Positions 14,607 through 15,848 of a stretch of DNA of 15,848 bases are shown piece after piece; position 1 is the first letter of the stretch, and each line of letters opens with the position of its first letter. The notes under the pieces are model-generated. The model was not told where the DNA came from. It did no database searches and saw nothing but the letters and a program-made list of their open reading frames with translations. The translations under genes and the position numbers were made by a program. Source of the stretch: Armatimonadota bacterium (GTDB lineage: Bacteria; Armatimonadota; Armatimonadia; Armatimonadales; Armatimonadaceae); NCBI GenBank assembly GCA_043754515.1, contig JAYUUO010000066.1:1-15848 (forward strand). Direction: 5' to 3'.

Positions 14607-15182
14607 ATGATTCTGGTTTTAGATAATTACGACTCATTCACCTACAACATCGTGCAATACCTGGGCGAGATGGGCGAAACGCTCTCGGTACACCGGAATG
14701 ACCGGATTACCACGGATGAGATCGCCGCGCTCCGCCCCGACCGAATTGTGATCTCGCCGGGTCCTTGCTCACCGACCGAGGCAGGCATCTCCCTTGAGGT
14801 CGTCACCCGGTTCGCGGGGGAGATACCGATCCTCGGGGTGTGTCTGGGACATCAGGCGATCGGGCACGCGTTCGGGGGGCGCGTCGTGCGCGCGGGACGG
14901 CTGATGCACGGCAAAGTCTCGCCGATCTTGCACGACGGCAAGGGCGTGTTCGCGGGGATGCCGCGCCCGTTCCGCGCGACCCGGTACCACTCCTTGCTCG
15001 TCGAGCGCGACTCGCTCCCTGACTGCCTGGAGATCACGGCGGAAACGGCGGAGGGCGAGATTATGGGACTACGGCACAAGACGTTCGCGGTGGAAGGGGT
15101 GCAGTTCCACCCCGAGTCGGTTCTGACAGAGGACGGCAGGCGTCTGCTGGAGAACTTCACGCGCGGAGGAAACAGGCCATGA
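14607..15182 (+). CDS. pabA: Anthranilate / aminodeoxychorismate synthase component II (class I glutamine amidotransferase, TrpG/PabA)
   Basis: [35 protein letters not shown] (catalytic Cys), [19 protein letters not shown] (His/Glu). trpG and pabA cannot be told apart from sequence. Confidence 0.95.
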   Translation: MILVLDNYDSFTYNIVQYLGEMGETLSVHRNDRITTDEIAALRPDRIVISPGPCSPTEAGISLEVVTRFAGEIPILGVCLGHQAIGHAFGGRVVRAGRLMHGKVSPILHDGKGVFAGMPRPFRATRYHSLLVERDSLPDCLEITAETAEGEIMGLRHKTFAVEGVQFHPESVLTEDGRRLLENFTRGGNRP

Positions 15183-15682
15183 GAGGCGAGAACGAGGCAT
15201 ATGCGTCCCTGCTCTGCGGGCACCTGCGCCTGATGGAGCGGCGGCTACGCCAGATCCCGGCGGACAAGTTCGACTACGCCCTGACCCCGCCCGCGCCGAC
15301 ACCGCGTATACTGGCGGTTCACGCGTGGCAATGGCTGATCTGCGACCGATACCACATCTCCGAGCCGGACGCCGCGAAGCATTCCCGCGTCCCCGAGCCG
15401 CCGACCGACCAGGCCGCCCTCTGCGACGCGTTCGCCGCCGAGACGCAAGAGTGGCACACGCTCCTCCTCTCGCTGACACCGGAGCAGCTTGATACGGTAC
15501 GGCACCAGTTCAACAGGCCAGACGCCGAAATGACCGTGCGCGGCTTCGTCTGCCACATGATCCAGCACTGCGTCTACAAGAGCGGGGAATTGGCGACGAT
15601 CTACTTCGCCCTCGGATTGGACGGCGACGCGCCGTTCACCGCGCCGTTCCCGAACCCGATCTACGAGGAACTGTTCGGGTAG
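15179..15682 (+). CDS. DinB/YfiT-like four-helix-bundle protein
   Basis: 167 aa; [11 protein letters not shown]...[42 protein letters not shown] match the DinB pattern. ATGA overlap with the upstream stop, with GGAGG upstream. Confidence 0.75.
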   Translation: MRGENEAYASLLCGHLRLMERRLRQIPADKFDYALTPPAPTPRILAVHAWQWLICDRYHISEPDAAKHSRVPEPPTDQAALCDAFAAETQEWHTLLLSLTPEQLDTVRHQFNRPDAEMTVRGFVCHMIQHCVYKSGELATIYFALGLDGDAPFTAPFPNPIYEELFG

Positions 15683-15693
15683 GCGCGGCGAGC

Positions 15694-15848
15694 CTATAGG
15701 ATGCTTTTCCCATCGGCCTCCAATCGCTCCGTTAAAAGTTTGGTCGCCATATCTCGTTCGCGCACGCGGCTGTTGGCGCGGAGCGCATCGGTGAGCGCGA
15801 GTAGTTTATATAGACGCGGGTTTTGCAGTGCCGCTTTCGGCGCGGCGG
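15694..15848 (-). CDS. C-terminal fragment of a conserved hypothetical protein (putative antitoxin/regulator usually linked to a nucleotidyltransferase), 5' partial
   Basis: Not in the ORF track. Minus frame from 15846 reads AAPKAALQNPRLYKLLALTDALRANSRVRERDMATKLLTERLEADGKSIL*, resembling the recurrent C-terminus 'vP.AA..d..LYeLLAL.DAlR.gr.RER..A...L..rL'. Confidence 0.65.
   Translation of the reverse strand, partial: AAPKAALQNPRLYKLLALTDALRANSRVRERDMATKLLTERLEADGKSIL

Overview
High-GC bacterial DNA, most likely Armatimonadota (inferred from an 'AFTLIELL...FAQAREKAR' DUF1559 prepilin-like gene beside a VPEA-type PEP-CTERM gene). Left to right: 3' end of an IS630-family element; a minus-strand run of a lipoprotein GH65 glycosidase, a SAM methyltransferase and a large SARP/BTAD-NB-ARC-TPR (AfsR-like) regulator; divergent from that regulator, a PEP-CTERM surface protein and a DUF1559 prepilin-like protein; a cytoplasmic GAF histidine kinase and an NtrC-family sigma54 activator lacking its DNA-binding HTH; a ~175-nt rod-shaped candidate ncRNA (6S-like) starting at that activator's stop codon; a hypothetical wHTH/tandem-AbrB-like protein; DUF2071 (YqjF); a second methyltransferase; a small hypothetical; a trpG/pabA-type amidotransferase; a DinB-family protein; and the 3' end of a conserved gene usually linked to a nucleotidyltransferase. 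The best leads are: (1) the AfsR-like regulator with three GCTCGGA direct repeats just upstream of a TATCAT -10 box in front of the PEP-CTERM/prepilin pair, (2) the unannotated rod-shaped RNA, and (3) the HTH-less SAFTGA sigma54 activator. All family calls come from motif recognition by eye; no searches were run.
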